This document shows positions 28,360 to 38,116 of a stretch of 42,692 nt of DNA, piece by piece (positions within the stretch are counted from its first letter, which is position 1; each line of letters starts with the position of its first letter). The notes beneath the pieces were generated by a model. That model was not told where the DNA came from and ran no database searches. It worked only from the letters and a program-made list of their open reading frames with translations. This DNA is from Clostridia bacterium (GTDB lineage Bacteria > Bacillota > Clostridia > Oscillospirales > Acutalibacteraceae). Both the position numbers and the translations under genes were made by a program. The stretch lies in assembly GCA_024404065.1 (NCBI GenBank), contig JAKSQR010000001.1:1-42692 (forward strand). Reading direction: 5' to 3'.

Positions 28360-28725
28360 ATGAAATCATTAGCTGAACTCGCTGCAATCAGAGAAAAAAT
28401 GAAGGATAAGGTTGTTCTTCGTGAAGGCACAGGCGACGTAAGAGTAGTTGTTGGTATGGCTACCTGCGGTATCGCTGCCGGCGCAAGACCTGTTCTCAAC
28501 GCTTTTGTTGAAGAGGTTAATAAGGCTGGCCTTGCTGAGAAGGTTACCGTATCACAGACAGGCTGCATCGGCATCTGCCAGTATGAGCCCGTTGTTGAAA
28601 TCTTTGAAGCAGACAAGGAAAAGGTTACTTACGTAAAAATGACAGCTGAAAAAGCTGCTGAGGTAGTTGAAAAGCACCTTAAGGGTGGCCAGGTAATTAC
28701 CGAATACACCATTACAAACGCATAA
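28360..28725 (+). CDS. hndB: Thioredoxin-like [2Fe-2S] subunit (HndB/HydD)
   Basis: VGMATCGIAAGA, TGCIGICQYEP. Confidence 0.88.
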   Translation: MKSLAELAAIREKMKDKVVLREGTGDVRVVVGMATCGIAAGARPVLNAFVEEVNKAGLAEKVTVSQTGCIGICQYEPVVEIFEADKEKVTYVKMTAEKAAEVVEKHLKGGQVITEYTITNA

Positions 28726-28747
28726 TAATCATCGGAGGTAAATAGTT

Positions 28748-30550
28748 ATGATTCGTTCTCAGGTACTGATTTGTGGCGGTACCGGCTGTACCTCTTCAGG
28801 CAGCAAGGTGCTTATGTCCACATTCGAAGAAGAAATCAAAAAGAATGGACTTGAAGAAGAAGTAAAAATTGTTCCTACTGGTTGTTTTGGTCTTTGCGAA
28901 AAGGGTCCCGTTGTTATCGTTTACCCTGAAGGCACATTCTACAGCCACGTAGCAAAGGACGATGTTGCAGAAATCGTTTCTGAGCATCTTCTTAAGGGCC
29001 GTCTTGTAGACAGACTTGTTTACAAGGATGTTGACGAAAGCGTTGTAGCAGAGGCAGGCAAAACTGTTTCACTTAACGATACAAACTTCTATAAGACACA
29101 GAAGAGAGTAGCTCTTCGTAACTGCGGTCTTATCAACCCCGAAGTAATTGATGAGTACATTGCTATGGATGGTTATGCAGCCCTCGGTAAAGTACTTACA
29201 GAGATGACTCCTGAAGATGTTATCAAGTGTGTTTCAGATTCAGGTCTTCGTGGCCGTGGCGGCGGCGGATTCCCCACCGGCAGAAAGTGGAGCTTCACAG
29301 CAGCACAGCCCAAGGGTCAGAAGTATGTTGTATGTAACGCTGACGAAGGTGACCCCGGTGCATTCATGGACCGTTCAGTTCTTGAAGGTGACCCCCACTG
29401 TATCGTTGAAGCTATGACTATCTGTGGTTATGCTACAGGTGCAAGCGAAGGTTACATCTACGTTCGTGCAGAGTACCCCATCGCTGTTAAGAGACTTCAG
29501 ATTGCTATCAAGCAGGCAAGAGAATACGGCCTTCTTGGTAAGAATATTTTTGATTCAGGCTTTGACTTTGACCTTCACATCCGTCTTGGTGCAGGCGCAT
29601 TCGTATGCGGTGAAGAAACTGCTCTTATGACCTCTATCGAAGGTAACAGAGGTGAGCCCAGACCCCGTCCTCCATTCCCTGCAGTTAAGGGTCTTTTCGG
29701 CAAGCCCACTACAGAGAATAACGTTGAAACCTTTGCAAATATCCCCCAGATCATCCTCAAGGGTGCAGAATGGTTTGCATCAATGGGTACTGAAAGATCA
29801 AAGGGTACCAAGGTATTTGCTCTTGGTGGTAAGATTGCCAACACAGGTCTTGTAGAAATCCCCATGGGTACAACCCTTCGTGAGATTATTGAAGACATCG
29901 GTGGCGGTGTTCCCAATGGTAAGAAATTCAAGGCTGCTCAGACAGGTGGTCCCTCAGGCGGATGTATCCCTGCAAGCCTTATTGATACACCTATCGATTA
30001 TGATAACCTTACAGCAATCGGCTGTATGATGGGTTCAGGCGGACTTATCGTTATGGACGAAGACAACTGTATGGTTGATATCGCTAAGTTCTTCCTTGAC
30101 TTCACAGTTGATGAATCCTGTGGTAAGTGTGCTCCCTGCCGTATCGGTACTATGAGAATGAAGGAAATCCTTGAAAAGATTACTTCAGGTAATGGTACTC
30201 TTGAAGATATTGATAAGCTTGAAGAGCTTGCTAACTACATCAAGGCTAACTCACTTTGTGGTCTTGGTCAGACTGCTCCTAACCCTGTACTTGCTACACT
30301 TAAATTCTTCCGTGAGGAGTACATTGCTCACGTTGTTGAAAAGAGATGTCCCGCAGGCGTATGTAAGGCTCTCCTTAACTACAGCATTATTGCTGATAAG
30401 TGTAAGGGCTGTACTAAGTGTGCAAGAAACTGCCCCGTTGGTGCTATTACTGGTTCAGTTAAGAATCCTCACGTTATTGATACTACTAAGTGTATCAAGT
30501 GCGGTGCTTGTATCAGCAACTGTAACTTCGGTGCAATTGTAAAAGGTTAA
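28748..30550 (+). CDS. hndC: NuoF-like flavin/NAD(P)H-binding subunit (HndC/HydB)
   Basis: GRGGGGFPTG, NADEGDPG, FVCGEETAL, ESCGKCAPCRIG and C-terminal 2x[4Fe-4S]. Confidence 0.95.
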   Translation: MIRSQVLICGGTGCTSSGSKVLMSTFEEEIKKNGLEEEVKIVPTGCFGLCEKGPVVIVYPEGTFYSHVAKDDVAEIVSEHLLKGRLVDRLVYKDVDESVVAEAGKTVSLNDTNFYKTQKRVALRNCGLINPEVIDEYIAMDGYAALGKVLTEMTPEDVIKCVSDSGLRGRGGGGFPTGRKWSFTAAQPKGQKYVVCNADEGDPGAFMDRSVLEGDPHCIVEAMTICGYATGASEGYIYVRAEYPIAVKRLQIAIKQAREYGLLGKNIFDSGFDFDLHIRLGAGAFVCGEETALMTSIEGNRGEPRPRPPFPAVKGLFGKPTTENNVETFANIPQIILKGAEWFASMGTERSKGTKVFALGGKIANTGLVEIPMGTTLREIIEDIGGGVPNGKKFKAAQTGGPSGGCIPASLIDTPIDYDNLTAIGCMMGSGGLIVMDEDNCMVDIAKFFLDFTVDESCGKCAPCRIGTMRMKEILEKITSGNGTLEDIDKLEELANYIKANSLCGLGQTAPNPVLATLKFFREEYIAHVVEKRCPAGVCKALLNYSIIADKCKGCTKCARNCPVGAITGSVKNPHVIDTTKCIKCGACISNCNFGAIVKG

Positions 30551-30568
30551 GGAAGGAGGAAGACAACG

Positions 30569-32320
30569 ATGGAAAATATGGTAAATGTAAAAATCAACGG
30601 CGTTGAGTACAGCGTACCCAACGGTGTATCCATTCTTGAGGCTGCAAGATATGCAGGTATCGAAATCCCCACTCTCTGCTTCCTTAAGGATATAAACGAA
30701 ATCGGCGCTTGCCGTTTCTGTATGGTAGAAGCTACAGGCCCCCGTGGTCTTGGTCTTGTTACCGCTTGCGTACTCCCCGTTAACGAAGGTATGGAAATCT
30801 TCACAAATACAGAGAAGGTTAGAAACGCACGTAAAAAGAGCCTTGAGCTCATCCTTTCAACCCACAATAAGGCTTGCCTTACCTGTATTCGTTCAGGTAA
30901 CTGTGAGCTTCAGAAGCTCTGCAAGGAGTATGGTGTTGAAGATGCTAACTACTATGCAGGCAAAATGCCTGAGTTCATCTATGATGACTCTGCAGCACAC
31001 ATGATCAGAGATAACAGCAAGTGTATCCTCTGCCGTCGCTGTGTAGCAGCTTGTAAGCAGCAGTATGTTTCCGTTATCGGTGCAAACAACAGAGGCTTTG
31101 ATACTCACATCGCTTCTGCTTTTGATAAGAACCTCAGCGAAGTTCCTTGTATCTCCTGCGGTCAGTGTATCGTAAACTGCCCCGTTGGTGCTATTTATGA
31201 AAAGGACGACACAGCTAAGGTATTTGAAGCAATTAACGACCCCGAAAAGTTTGTAGTTGCACAGACCGCTCCTTCAATCCGTGTTACACTTGGTGAAGCT
31301 TTTGGTAAGCCCATCGGTACAAATGTTGAAGGCAAGATGGTTGCATCACTTCGCAGACTTGGTTTTGATAAGGTATTTGATACCGACTTTGCTGCTGACC
31401 TTACAATCGTTGAGGAAGCAAATGAGCTTCTTGAAAGAGTTCAGAATGGCGGCACTCTTCCCATGATTACATCCTGCTCACCCGGTTGGATTAACTTCTG
31501 TGAGTATTACTATCCTGAGCAGCTTGGTCACCTTTCAAGCTGTAAGTCACCTCAGCAGATGTTTGGTGCTACACTTAAGACCTACTATGCAAAGAAGATG
31601 GGCATTGACCCCAAGAATATCGTTTGCGTAGGTATTATGCCCTGTACTGCTAAGAAGTACGAAACAGGCAGAGACGATCAGAACGCAGCAGGCGTACCTG
31701 ATGTTGACTATGCTCTTACCACAAGAGAGCTTGCAAGAATGATTCAGACCGCAGGTATCAACTTTGATATGGTACCCGATGAGAAGTTTGATAATCCTCT
31801 TGGCGACAGCACAGGTGCTGCAGTTATCTTTGGTGCTACTGGCGGCGTTATGGAAGCTGCCCTCAGAACAGCTGTTGAAAAGCTTACAGGCAAAGAGCTT
31901 GAAGCTGTTGAGTTTACAGATGTTCGTGGCACAAAGGGTATTAAGGAAGCTACATACAATGTAAATGGTATGGAAATCAAGGTTTGCGCTGCAAGTGGTA
32001 TTGAAAACGCAAACAAGGTTATGGAAGATGTTAAGAATGGCACAAGCCCCTACACCTTCATTGAAATCATGGCATGTCCCGGCGGTTGTGTAAACGGCGG
32101 CGGTCAGCCTGTTCAGCCTGCATCAGTTCGTAACTTCACAGACCTTAAGGGTCTCAGAGCAGCAGCTCTTTACGAAGCAGATAAGAACATGCCTCTCAGA
32201 AAGAGCCATGAGAATCCTGCTATTATCGAAGCTTATAAGGAATTCTTCGGTGAGCCCGGCAGCCATGTAGCTCACGAGGTACTTCATACTACATATAAGG
32301 CAAGAAAGAAGTACAACTAA
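30569..32320 (+). CDS. hndD: Catalytic subunit of group A multimeric [FeFe]-hydrogenase (HndD/HydA)
   Basis: N-terminal [2Fe-2S], His-ligated and 2x[4Fe-4S] motifs; H-cluster motifs TSCSPGW, MPCTAKKYE and EIMACPGGCVNGGGQP. Confidence 0.96.
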   Translation: MENMVNVKINGVEYSVPNGVSILEAARYAGIEIPTLCFLKDINEIGACRFCMVEATGPRGLGLVTACVLPVNEGMEIFTNTEKVRNARKKSLELILSTHNKACLTCIRSGNCELQKLCKEYGVEDANYYAGKMPEFIYDDSAAHMIRDNSKCILCRRCVAACKQQYVSVIGANNRGFDTHIASAFDKNLSEVPCISCGQCIVNCPVGAIYEKDDTAKVFEAINDPEKFVVAQTAPSIRVTLGEAFGKPIGTNVEGKMVASLRRLGFDKVFDTDFAADLTIVEEANELLERVQNGGTLPMITSCSPGWINFCEYYYPEQLGHLSSCKSPQQMFGATLKTYYAKKMGIDPKNIVCVGIMPCTAKKYETGRDDQNAAGVPDVDYALTTRELARMIQTAGINFDMVPDEKFDNPLGDSTGAAVIFGATGGVMEAALRTAVEKLTGKELEAVEFTDVRGTKGIKEATYNVNGMEIKVCAASGIENANKVMEDVKNGTSPYTFIEIMACPGGCVNGGGQPVQPASVRNFTDLKGLRAAALYEADKNMPLRKSHENPAIIEAYKEFFGEPGSHVAHEVLHTTYKARKKYN

Positions 32321-32350
32321 TCTGAAAAATCCTATATGATTTCATAATAA

Positions 32351-32382
32351 GGCACCCTGCTCTAAAAAAGCAGGGTGTTTTT
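32351..32382 (+). terminator. Terminator of hydrogenase operon
   Basis: GCACCCTGCT-loop-AGCAGGGTGT-TTTT. Confidence 0.85.
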
Positions 32383-32383
32383 G

Positions 32384-32412
32384 TTGAATAATATATAATT
32401 TAATTGTATAAT
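32384..32412 (+). promoter_or_regulatory. Sigma-A promoter of GH31 operon
   Basis: TTGAAT-17 bp-TATAAT. Confidence 0.6.
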
Positions 32413-32442
32413 ATTTTTATCATTATTATTTAAGGTGAGCTT

Positions 32443-34395
32443 ATGAAAAATGTAATAATCGAAGGCAATAAAATATTATTTAACAGAGCAGGTGAGCTTG
32501 TAAGGCTTACACCCTGCGGTGAGAATGCAATCCGCTTTGAGGGCTTCCCTGATGGCAGAGAATTTACCGAGAATTTTACCCTTATGCCAATTGAAACCGA
32601 AGCGGTTATAGATAACAGCAGTGACTATTTTGTTACTATGACAGTAGGTCGTGCCATGGTTAAATTAGAGCGCAGAGGCAAGGTTACCTTCTACAAAGAC
32701 GACGAAATGGTTATTGAGGAAATGCCTGAGATGGCCTTTGAGGATGGCTACCGCCATTATGACTGCAACGCAAGTGGCTTATGGGCAGCCCGTGAAACCT
32801 TCAAGGCTCAGAAGGGTGAGCATTTTTATGGCCTCGGTCACGAAAACAGCAATATGCTGGATTTAAAGGGCTGCTCCTTTGACCTGAGAAATGTAAATGC
32901 AAAATGCACTATACCCTATGTTTACTCCTCAAGAGGCTATGGCTTTATATGGAATAACCCCGCAGTAGGTAATGTGGAGCTTTCAGCTAACAGAACCCGT
33001 TGGAGTGTTGGTGCAACCCGCAAGATAGACTATGTTGTAATTGTAGGCGATCCTAAATCTGTTACTGAAACACTTACCGATTTAACAGGTCACGCCCCTG
33101 TAATGCCTCATTGGGCAACAGGCTTCTGGCAGTCAAGGCTCCGTTACGAAACTCAGGAGCAGCTGCTTGAGGTTGCAAGACGCTATAAGGAGGATAATAT
33201 TCCTCTCTCTGTTATAATCTGCGATTATTTCCATTGGACAGAGCAGGGCGACTACAAATTTGACCCACAGTATTGGCCAAATCCCAAAGAGATGACAGAC
33301 GAGCTTCACTCTATGGGCACAAAGCTGGTAGTATCTACCTGGCCTACAATAAATGAAAACAGCGAAAACTACTGGTATATGCGTGATAATAATATGCTTA
33401 TGCGCACTACCCGTGGCTCAGACAGAGTATTCAGCTTCTACGGCTGGCAGGCAGAGATTGATGTTACAAACCCTGCCACAAGAAAGTATGTATTCAGCAA
33501 ATTAAAAGAGAATTACCTTGACAACGGTGTAGATTCTCTCTGGTTTGACGAGGCAGAGCCTGAAATACACCCTGAGCAGTTTGATAACCTTATTATGTAC
33601 CTTGGCAGAGGCGATGAGGTAGCAATGCTTTACCCCTATTATTACTCAAAAATGGCTTTTGATGGCTTTAATGAGATGGGCATAAGCAACCCCGTTACCC
33701 TTACAAGATGTGCCTACCTTGGCAGCCAGAAATTCGGCTCACTTGTATGGAGCGGTGATATTCCCTCAACCTTTGAGTGCTTGCAGAGTCAGGTTAAAGC
33801 AGGTCTTAATATGTCCCTTTGTGGCATAGTATGGTGGAATACAGATATAGGTGGTTTCTGGGGCGGTGACCCTGAGAAGGAAGAGTACAAGGAGCTGTTT
33901 ATACGTTGGTTCCAGTATGGCGTATTTTCACCTGTTATGCGTGCTCATGGTCACAGAGAGAAGCATACTCCCCGCAGCAAGCTGAAGGAGGCTTCAGGCG
34001 GCGGTAACGAAATATGGAGCTATGGCGAAGAAAATTACGAAACACTTAAAAATCTTATCTTATTGCGTGAAAGATTAAGACCATATATTGAAAAGCAGAT
34101 GGAGATAGCTTCAGAGAAAGGCTACCCCATTATGAGAGCAATGTTTTTTGATTACCCTGATGACGAAATCTGCTATACCTTAGGTGAGCAGTATATGTTT
34201 GGTGAGGATATTCTTTTTGCTCCCATTGTAAATCAGGGTCAGACAGTAAAGAGCGTTTACCTGCCCGAAGGTGATTGGATTCTTACTAAAAACAAGCAGG
34301 AGTATAAGGGCGGTAAAACCTACGAAATTGAGGCAAAGATTGATGAGTTTGTAGCCTTTGTAAAGAAGGGCAAAAGCGTTATAGATTGCTTCTGA
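32443..34395 (+). CDS. Glycoside hydrolase family 31 (alpha-xylosidase-like)
   Basis: EHFYGLG, GFWQSRLRY, WFDEAEPE nucleophile, WSGDI acid/base, WNTDIGGF, RWFQYG. Confidence 0.92.
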   Translation: MKNVIIEGNKILFNRAGELVRLTPCGENAIRFEGFPDGREFTENFTLMPIETEAVIDNSSDYFVTMTVGRAMVKLERRGKVTFYKDDEMVIEEMPEMAFEDGYRHYDCNASGLWAARETFKAQKGEHFYGLGHENSNMLDLKGCSFDLRNVNAKCTIPYVYSSRGYGFIWNNPAVGNVELSANRTRWSVGATRKIDYVVIVGDPKSVTETLTDLTGHAPVMPHWATGFWQSRLRYETQEQLLEVARRYKEDNIPLSVIICDYFHWTEQGDYKFDPQYWPNPKEMTDELHSMGTKLVVSTWPTINENSENYWYMRDNNMLMRTTRGSDRVFSFYGWQAEIDVTNPATRKYVFSKLKENYLDNGVDSLWFDEAEPEIHPEQFDNLIMYLGRGDEVAMLYPYYYSKMAFDGFNEMGISNPVTLTRCAYLGSQKFGSLVWSGDIPSTFECLQSQVKAGLNMSLCGIVWWNTDIGGFWGGDPEKEEYKELFIRWFQYGVFSPVMRAHGHREKHTPRSKLKEASGGGNEIWSYGEENYETLKNLILLRERLRPYIEKQMEIASEKGYPIMRAMFFDYPDDEICYTLGEQYMFGEDILFAPIVNQGQTVKSVYLPEGDWILTKNKQEYKGGKTYEIEAKIDEFVAFVKKGKSVIDCF

Positions 34396-34419
34396 TAAAA
34401 GGAAGGTGGTTATGTGACA

Positions 34420-35310
34420 ATGGAATATATTGCTCATTTCCACCTGCCCGGTTTATTTGAGTTTTACGATTTTTACAAGGCATTTTTATCCGTTTACAAT
34501 GAGCACAGAGATTGGTTTTATGAATGGTGCAGAATTGACTCTATCTATGGTGCCCCTGCAGATTGTATATGGGGCGGAGGCAGAGTAGGCTATGGCGATA
34601 ATGACCCTGTGAAAGTGCTTGAGCTTACCCGAAAGTATGGCATTTCATCCCGTCTCACATTTTCAAATTCGCTTCTTGAAAAAGAGCATTTAACCGATAA
34701 AAAATGCAATCGGCTTTGCGAAATGTTTGAGGGTGAAAACAGCGGAATAATCGTAAGCTCCGATATACTGATTGACTATATAAAAGAGAAATATCCGCAG
34801 TATTACTTTGTATCTTCCACAACAAAAGTAATTACTGATTTTGATGAACTTAAAAAAGAATTAAACCGAAAAGATTTCAGGTTTGTGTGCCCTGATTTCA
34901 GGTTTAATAATGATTTTGAAAAGCTGAATTTATTCAAACAGAGTGAAAAAGCAAAGCTTGAAATGCTTGTGAATGAGTGCTGCGATGTAAATTGCAGGGA
35001 GCGAAAGACCTGCTATAAGAATGTAAGCCAGAAGGCACTTATGGCAGATTGTCCCGACCATATCTGCTCATCACCCAAAGCAGGGGAGGGCTATAAATTC
35101 TCACGTGCAATGGAGAGCCCTGCGTTTATCAGCATAGAGGATATAAAAAATAAATACCTGCCTATAGGCATCAGCAATTTCAAAATTGAGGGCAGAAGCC
35201 TTGGCAGTGCAATAATTCTGGAGTTTTTGCTCTATTATCTTACAAAGCCTGAATATCAGCTTAAGGTGAGAGAAAGCATTTATCTTGACAGCAGTCTTGA
35301 TTTATTTTAG
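34420..35310 (+). CDS. Uncharacterised peptidase-U32-like (probable Fe-S TIM-barrel) protein
   Basis: C-terminal FKIEGR motif; LEMLVNECCDVNC...C...C cysteine cluster. Confidence 0.6.
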   Translation: MEYIAHFHLPGLFEFYDFYKAFLSVYNEHRDWFYEWCRIDSIYGAPADCIWGGGRVGYGDNDPVKVLELTRKYGISSRLTFSNSLLEKEHLTDKKCNRLCEMFEGENSGIIVSSDILIDYIKEKYPQYYFVSSTTKVITDFDELKKELNRKDFRFVCPDFRFNNDFEKLNLFKQSEKAKLEMLVNECCDVNCRERKTCYKNVSQKALMADCPDHICSSPKAGEGYKFSRAMESPAFISIEDIKNKYLPIGISNFKIEGRSLGSAIILEFLLYYLTKPEYQLKVRESIYLDSSLDLF

Positions 35311-35320
35311 GGGGAGAAAA

Positions 35321-36277
35321 ATGGAAGCTTATAAGAGTTTATACGAAAATCCAAAAGCAGTTATTGCCATTGTAAGTGACGTGCATATTGATTATAACGG
35401 CAGTGAAATAAAAAGAAGAATTAAAATGGTGCGCAAGGCTTTTACCGACGTTGAAGCAAACTGCGATGCAGACGCCCTTATAACTGTTGGTGATACCACA
35501 TCAAGAGGTGTAAATAAAAACTGGGATGGCGTAAAGGAATGCTTTGAAGGTATTAACCCTGCAAAAAATATTATTTTCACCCTCGGCAATCACGATACAT
35601 GGGGTGATGATAAGGGCTACGGCGGTTATGAAAAAGCCATTGAGAGATACTATAGCTATAGCAAAGAAATCTGCAACCTTCAGATTGATAAGCCCTACTT
35701 TTCAAAAGATATAAACGGCTATAAATTTATCTTTTTAGGCAATACTGAAAGCGGAGCGGACCAGGACTGTGCCGCATTCTCTCAGGAGGAAATTGACTGG
35801 CTCAAAGCTGAAATATCTGCTGAGGATGAGCAGAAGCCTGTATTTGTATTTTGTCATCAGAGCGTAAATGGCACACACGGTCTGCCACGCACATGGTCAA
35901 AAAAAGAGGACCCCACATGGCCTGCAGATAAGGGCGGTATAGGCATAGATTCCGACTCTGTGTGGGAGATACTGAAATCACATAAGAATGTTTACTTTTT
36001 CAGCGGTCATCTTCACATGGCTCTCTGCGGTGAAAAGATGATAAAAAAAGAGGGTTACTCCACCTTTGAAAATAAAGAGGGCGTTACTCTCATAAATGTG
36101 CCTTCTCTCACCCGTGAAAATCATCACGGCGAAACTAAAAAAACAGGCACAGGCTTAATGATGGAAATCTATGATAATAAGGTAGTGCTTCGCCCACGCA
36201 GGTTTACTAAGGGCAAAATGTTTGAAAAGATAACCTATAAGAATGGCAACCCCTGGTATGAAAGCGAAATAAGGTGA
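35321..36277 (+). CDS. Calcineurin-like metallophosphoesterase
   Basis: SDVH, GD, GNHD, CHQ and GHLH motifs; ATG 35321 after GGGGAG. Confidence 0.9.
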   Translation: MEAYKSLYENPKAVIAIVSDVHIDYNGSEIKRRIKMVRKAFTDVEANCDADALITVGDTTSRGVNKNWDGVKECFEGINPAKNIIFTLGNHDTWGDDKGYGGYEKAIERYYSYSKEICNLQIDKPYFSKDINGYKFIFLGNTESGADQDCAAFSQEEIDWLKAEISAEDEQKPVFVFCHQSVNGTHGLPRTWSKKEDPTWPADKGGIGIDSDSVWEILKSHKNVYFFSGHLHMALCGEKMIKKEGYSTFENKEGVTLINVPSLTRENHHGETKKTGTGLMMEIYDNKVVLRPRRFTKGKMFEKITYKNGNPWYESEIR

Positions 36278-36281
36278 CAGT

Positions 36282-36536
36282 ATGGCATTTTTAATAGCAG
36301 AAACAACAAAAGAAGAGCGTGAAAAAATTGTAGAGGAGTCACTTGGCAATCTTTCAGATTGTGATGGCTGTATGGGCGGCCTTGCGGAGATGTATCAGGA
36401 TTACATTGATGGCAAAAAGGAGCTCAGCGAAATAAATATGGCATTCAGGGCAAATTACTACCACGATGACGATATGCCACATAAAGAGAGCTGCCCTATA
36501 AACTACGGCGACCCTGAATTTGACCTTATGTTTTAA
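36282..36536 (+). CDS. Small acidic hypothetical protein with CxxC
   Basis: 84 aa, CDGC motif, AAGGTGA RBS, tight packing with neighbours. Confidence 0.75.
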   Translation: MAFLIAETTKEEREKIVEESLGNLSDCDGCMGGLAEMYQDYIDGKKELSEINMAFRANYYHDDDMPHKESCPINYGDPEFDLMF

Positions 36537-37171
36537 TGGAGATTACTATGGACGATAAGCAAAAATGGATTGATTGGGTGATTGAGCTGCAGAGCCTTGC
36601 ACAGGCAGGTCTTTACTACTCAAAGGATGTATTTGACCTTGAGCGCTTTCAGCGAATCAGAGATATTACCGCAGAGATGATGGCTCATCAGACCGAGATG
36701 CCCTTTGACAAAGTAAAAGAATTATTCTGCAATGAAATCGGCTATCAGACACCTAAAATTGATACTCGTGCAGCAATAATTCAGGATGGAAAAATCCTGC
36801 TTGTTAAAGAAACCCTTACAGGCACATGGAGTATGCCCGGCGGCTGGGTGGATATAAATAAATCCATTAAGGAAAACACTGTAAAAGAGGTCAAGGAGGA
36901 AGCAGGGCTTGATGTAACTGCAGACAGGCTTATAGCCGTGCACGAAAAGTCAAAGCATTGCAGGCATAATTATCCTTATGGTGTGATAAAGCATTTTGTT
37001 TTATGCACAGTTTTAGGTGGTGAATATGCACCTAATTCAGAAACCTCAGAGGCAGGCTGGTTTACCCCCGATAATCTTCCTGAGCTTTCTATAGGCAAAA
37101 ATACACCTGAGCAGATTGCAATGTGCTTTAAGGCATACAACGACCCTGATTGGGTAGTAGAATTTGATTAA
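36536..37171 (+). CDS. Nudix hydrolase with N-terminal helical (Nudix_N) domain
   Basis: LQSLAQAGL, GYQTPK, Nudix box PGGW...KEVKEEAG. Confidence 0.92.
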   Translation: MEITMDDKQKWIDWVIELQSLAQAGLYYSKDVFDLERFQRIRDITAEMMAHQTEMPFDKVKELFCNEIGYQTPKIDTRAAIIQDGKILLVKETLTGTWSMPGGWVDINKSIKENTVKEVKEEAGLDVTADRLIAVHEKSKHCRHNYPYGVIKHFVLCTVLGGEYAPNSETSEAGWFTPDNLPELSIGKNTPEQIAMCFKAYNDPDWVVEFD

Positions 37172-37176
37172 GACTT

Positions 37177-37205
37177 AAAAAGAGCCCTCAGCGGCTCTTT
37201 TCTTT
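37177..37205 (+). terminator. Intrinsic terminator
   Basis: AAAAGAGCC-6 nt-GGCTCTTTT-CTTT. Confidence 0.8.
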
Positions 37206-37311
37206 ATGCCATAAAGCATAAATATATAAAATATTTTATTTTACTACTACACAAAATAATATGGGTGTGGTATAATAAACTGAATATTTGTAAATTGGGG
37301 AGGTGGCGCCT

Positions 37312-38106
37312 GTGAATTATAGGGACAGCAAGAAACCGGACGACAGAGCATTTGATAAATCAAGAGATAATCAGGATGAGGAGCAGGACCTTATAATTGG
37401 CAGAAATGCATCCATGGAAGCGCTCAGAAGCAACAGAGAAATCGACACTCTGTTTGTTGCAAGAGGTGACAGAAGCGGCTCAATAGGTGCTATAATCGCT
37501 ATCGCTCACGATAAAGGTATAGTAGTAAAAGAGGTGGACCGCCGTAAGCTTGATGGTATGTGTGGCGGTGCTAACCATCAGGGCATTGCAGCCCGTGCTG
37601 CAGCCCATAAATATGCAGATGTTGAGGATATAATAAAAGCGGCAGAGGATAAAGGCGAAGAGCCATTTATAGTAATCTGCGATGAGCTTGAGGACCCTCA
37701 CAATTTAGGTGCAATAATCCGTACGGCTGACGCCTGCGGAGCTCACGGCGTAATCATACCAAAGCGCAGAGGTGTTTCACTCACTTATGCAGTAGGCAAG
37801 GTTTCAGCAGGTGCAGTTGAGTATGTGCCTGTTGCAAGGGTAAGCAACCTGCCTCAGACAATAGATGACCTTAAAAAGAAGGGCTTCTGGGTTTATGGTG
37901 CTGATATGGACGGCAACCCCTACGATAAGCAGGATTACAGCGGCAAGGTAGCCCTTGTAATCGGCTCAGAGGGTAAGGGAATAGGCCGACTTATCAGAGA
38001 GAAATGTGACTTTATAGTTTCCCTTCCCATGAAGGGTAAGATAAATTCCCTTAATGCAAGTGTTGCAGCGGGAATACTTATGTACGAAGTAATTAAGAAC
38101 AGATAA
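37312..38106 (+). CDS. rlmB: 23S rRNA Gm2251 methyltransferase RlmB (TrmH/SPOUT)
   Basis: NHQG, DPHNLGAIIRTA, IGSEGKG, NSLNASVA. GTG 37312 fits the GGGGAGG RBS, and a TG-n-TATAAT promoter lies at 37268-37276. Confidence 0.93.
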   Translation: MNYRDSKKPDDRAFDKSRDNQDEEQDLIIGRNASMEALRSNREIDTLFVARGDRSGSIGAIIAIAHDKGIVVKEVDRRKLDGMCGGANHQGIAARAAAHKYADVEDIIKAAEDKGEEPFIVICDELEDPHNLGAIIRTADACGAHGVIIPKRRGVSLTYAVGKVSAGAVEYVPVARVSNLPQTIDDLKKKGFWVYGADMDGNPYDKQDYSGKVALVIGSEGKGIGRLIREKCDFIVSLPMKGKINSLNASVAAGILMYEVIKNR

Positions 38107-38116
38107 GGTGAGTAGA

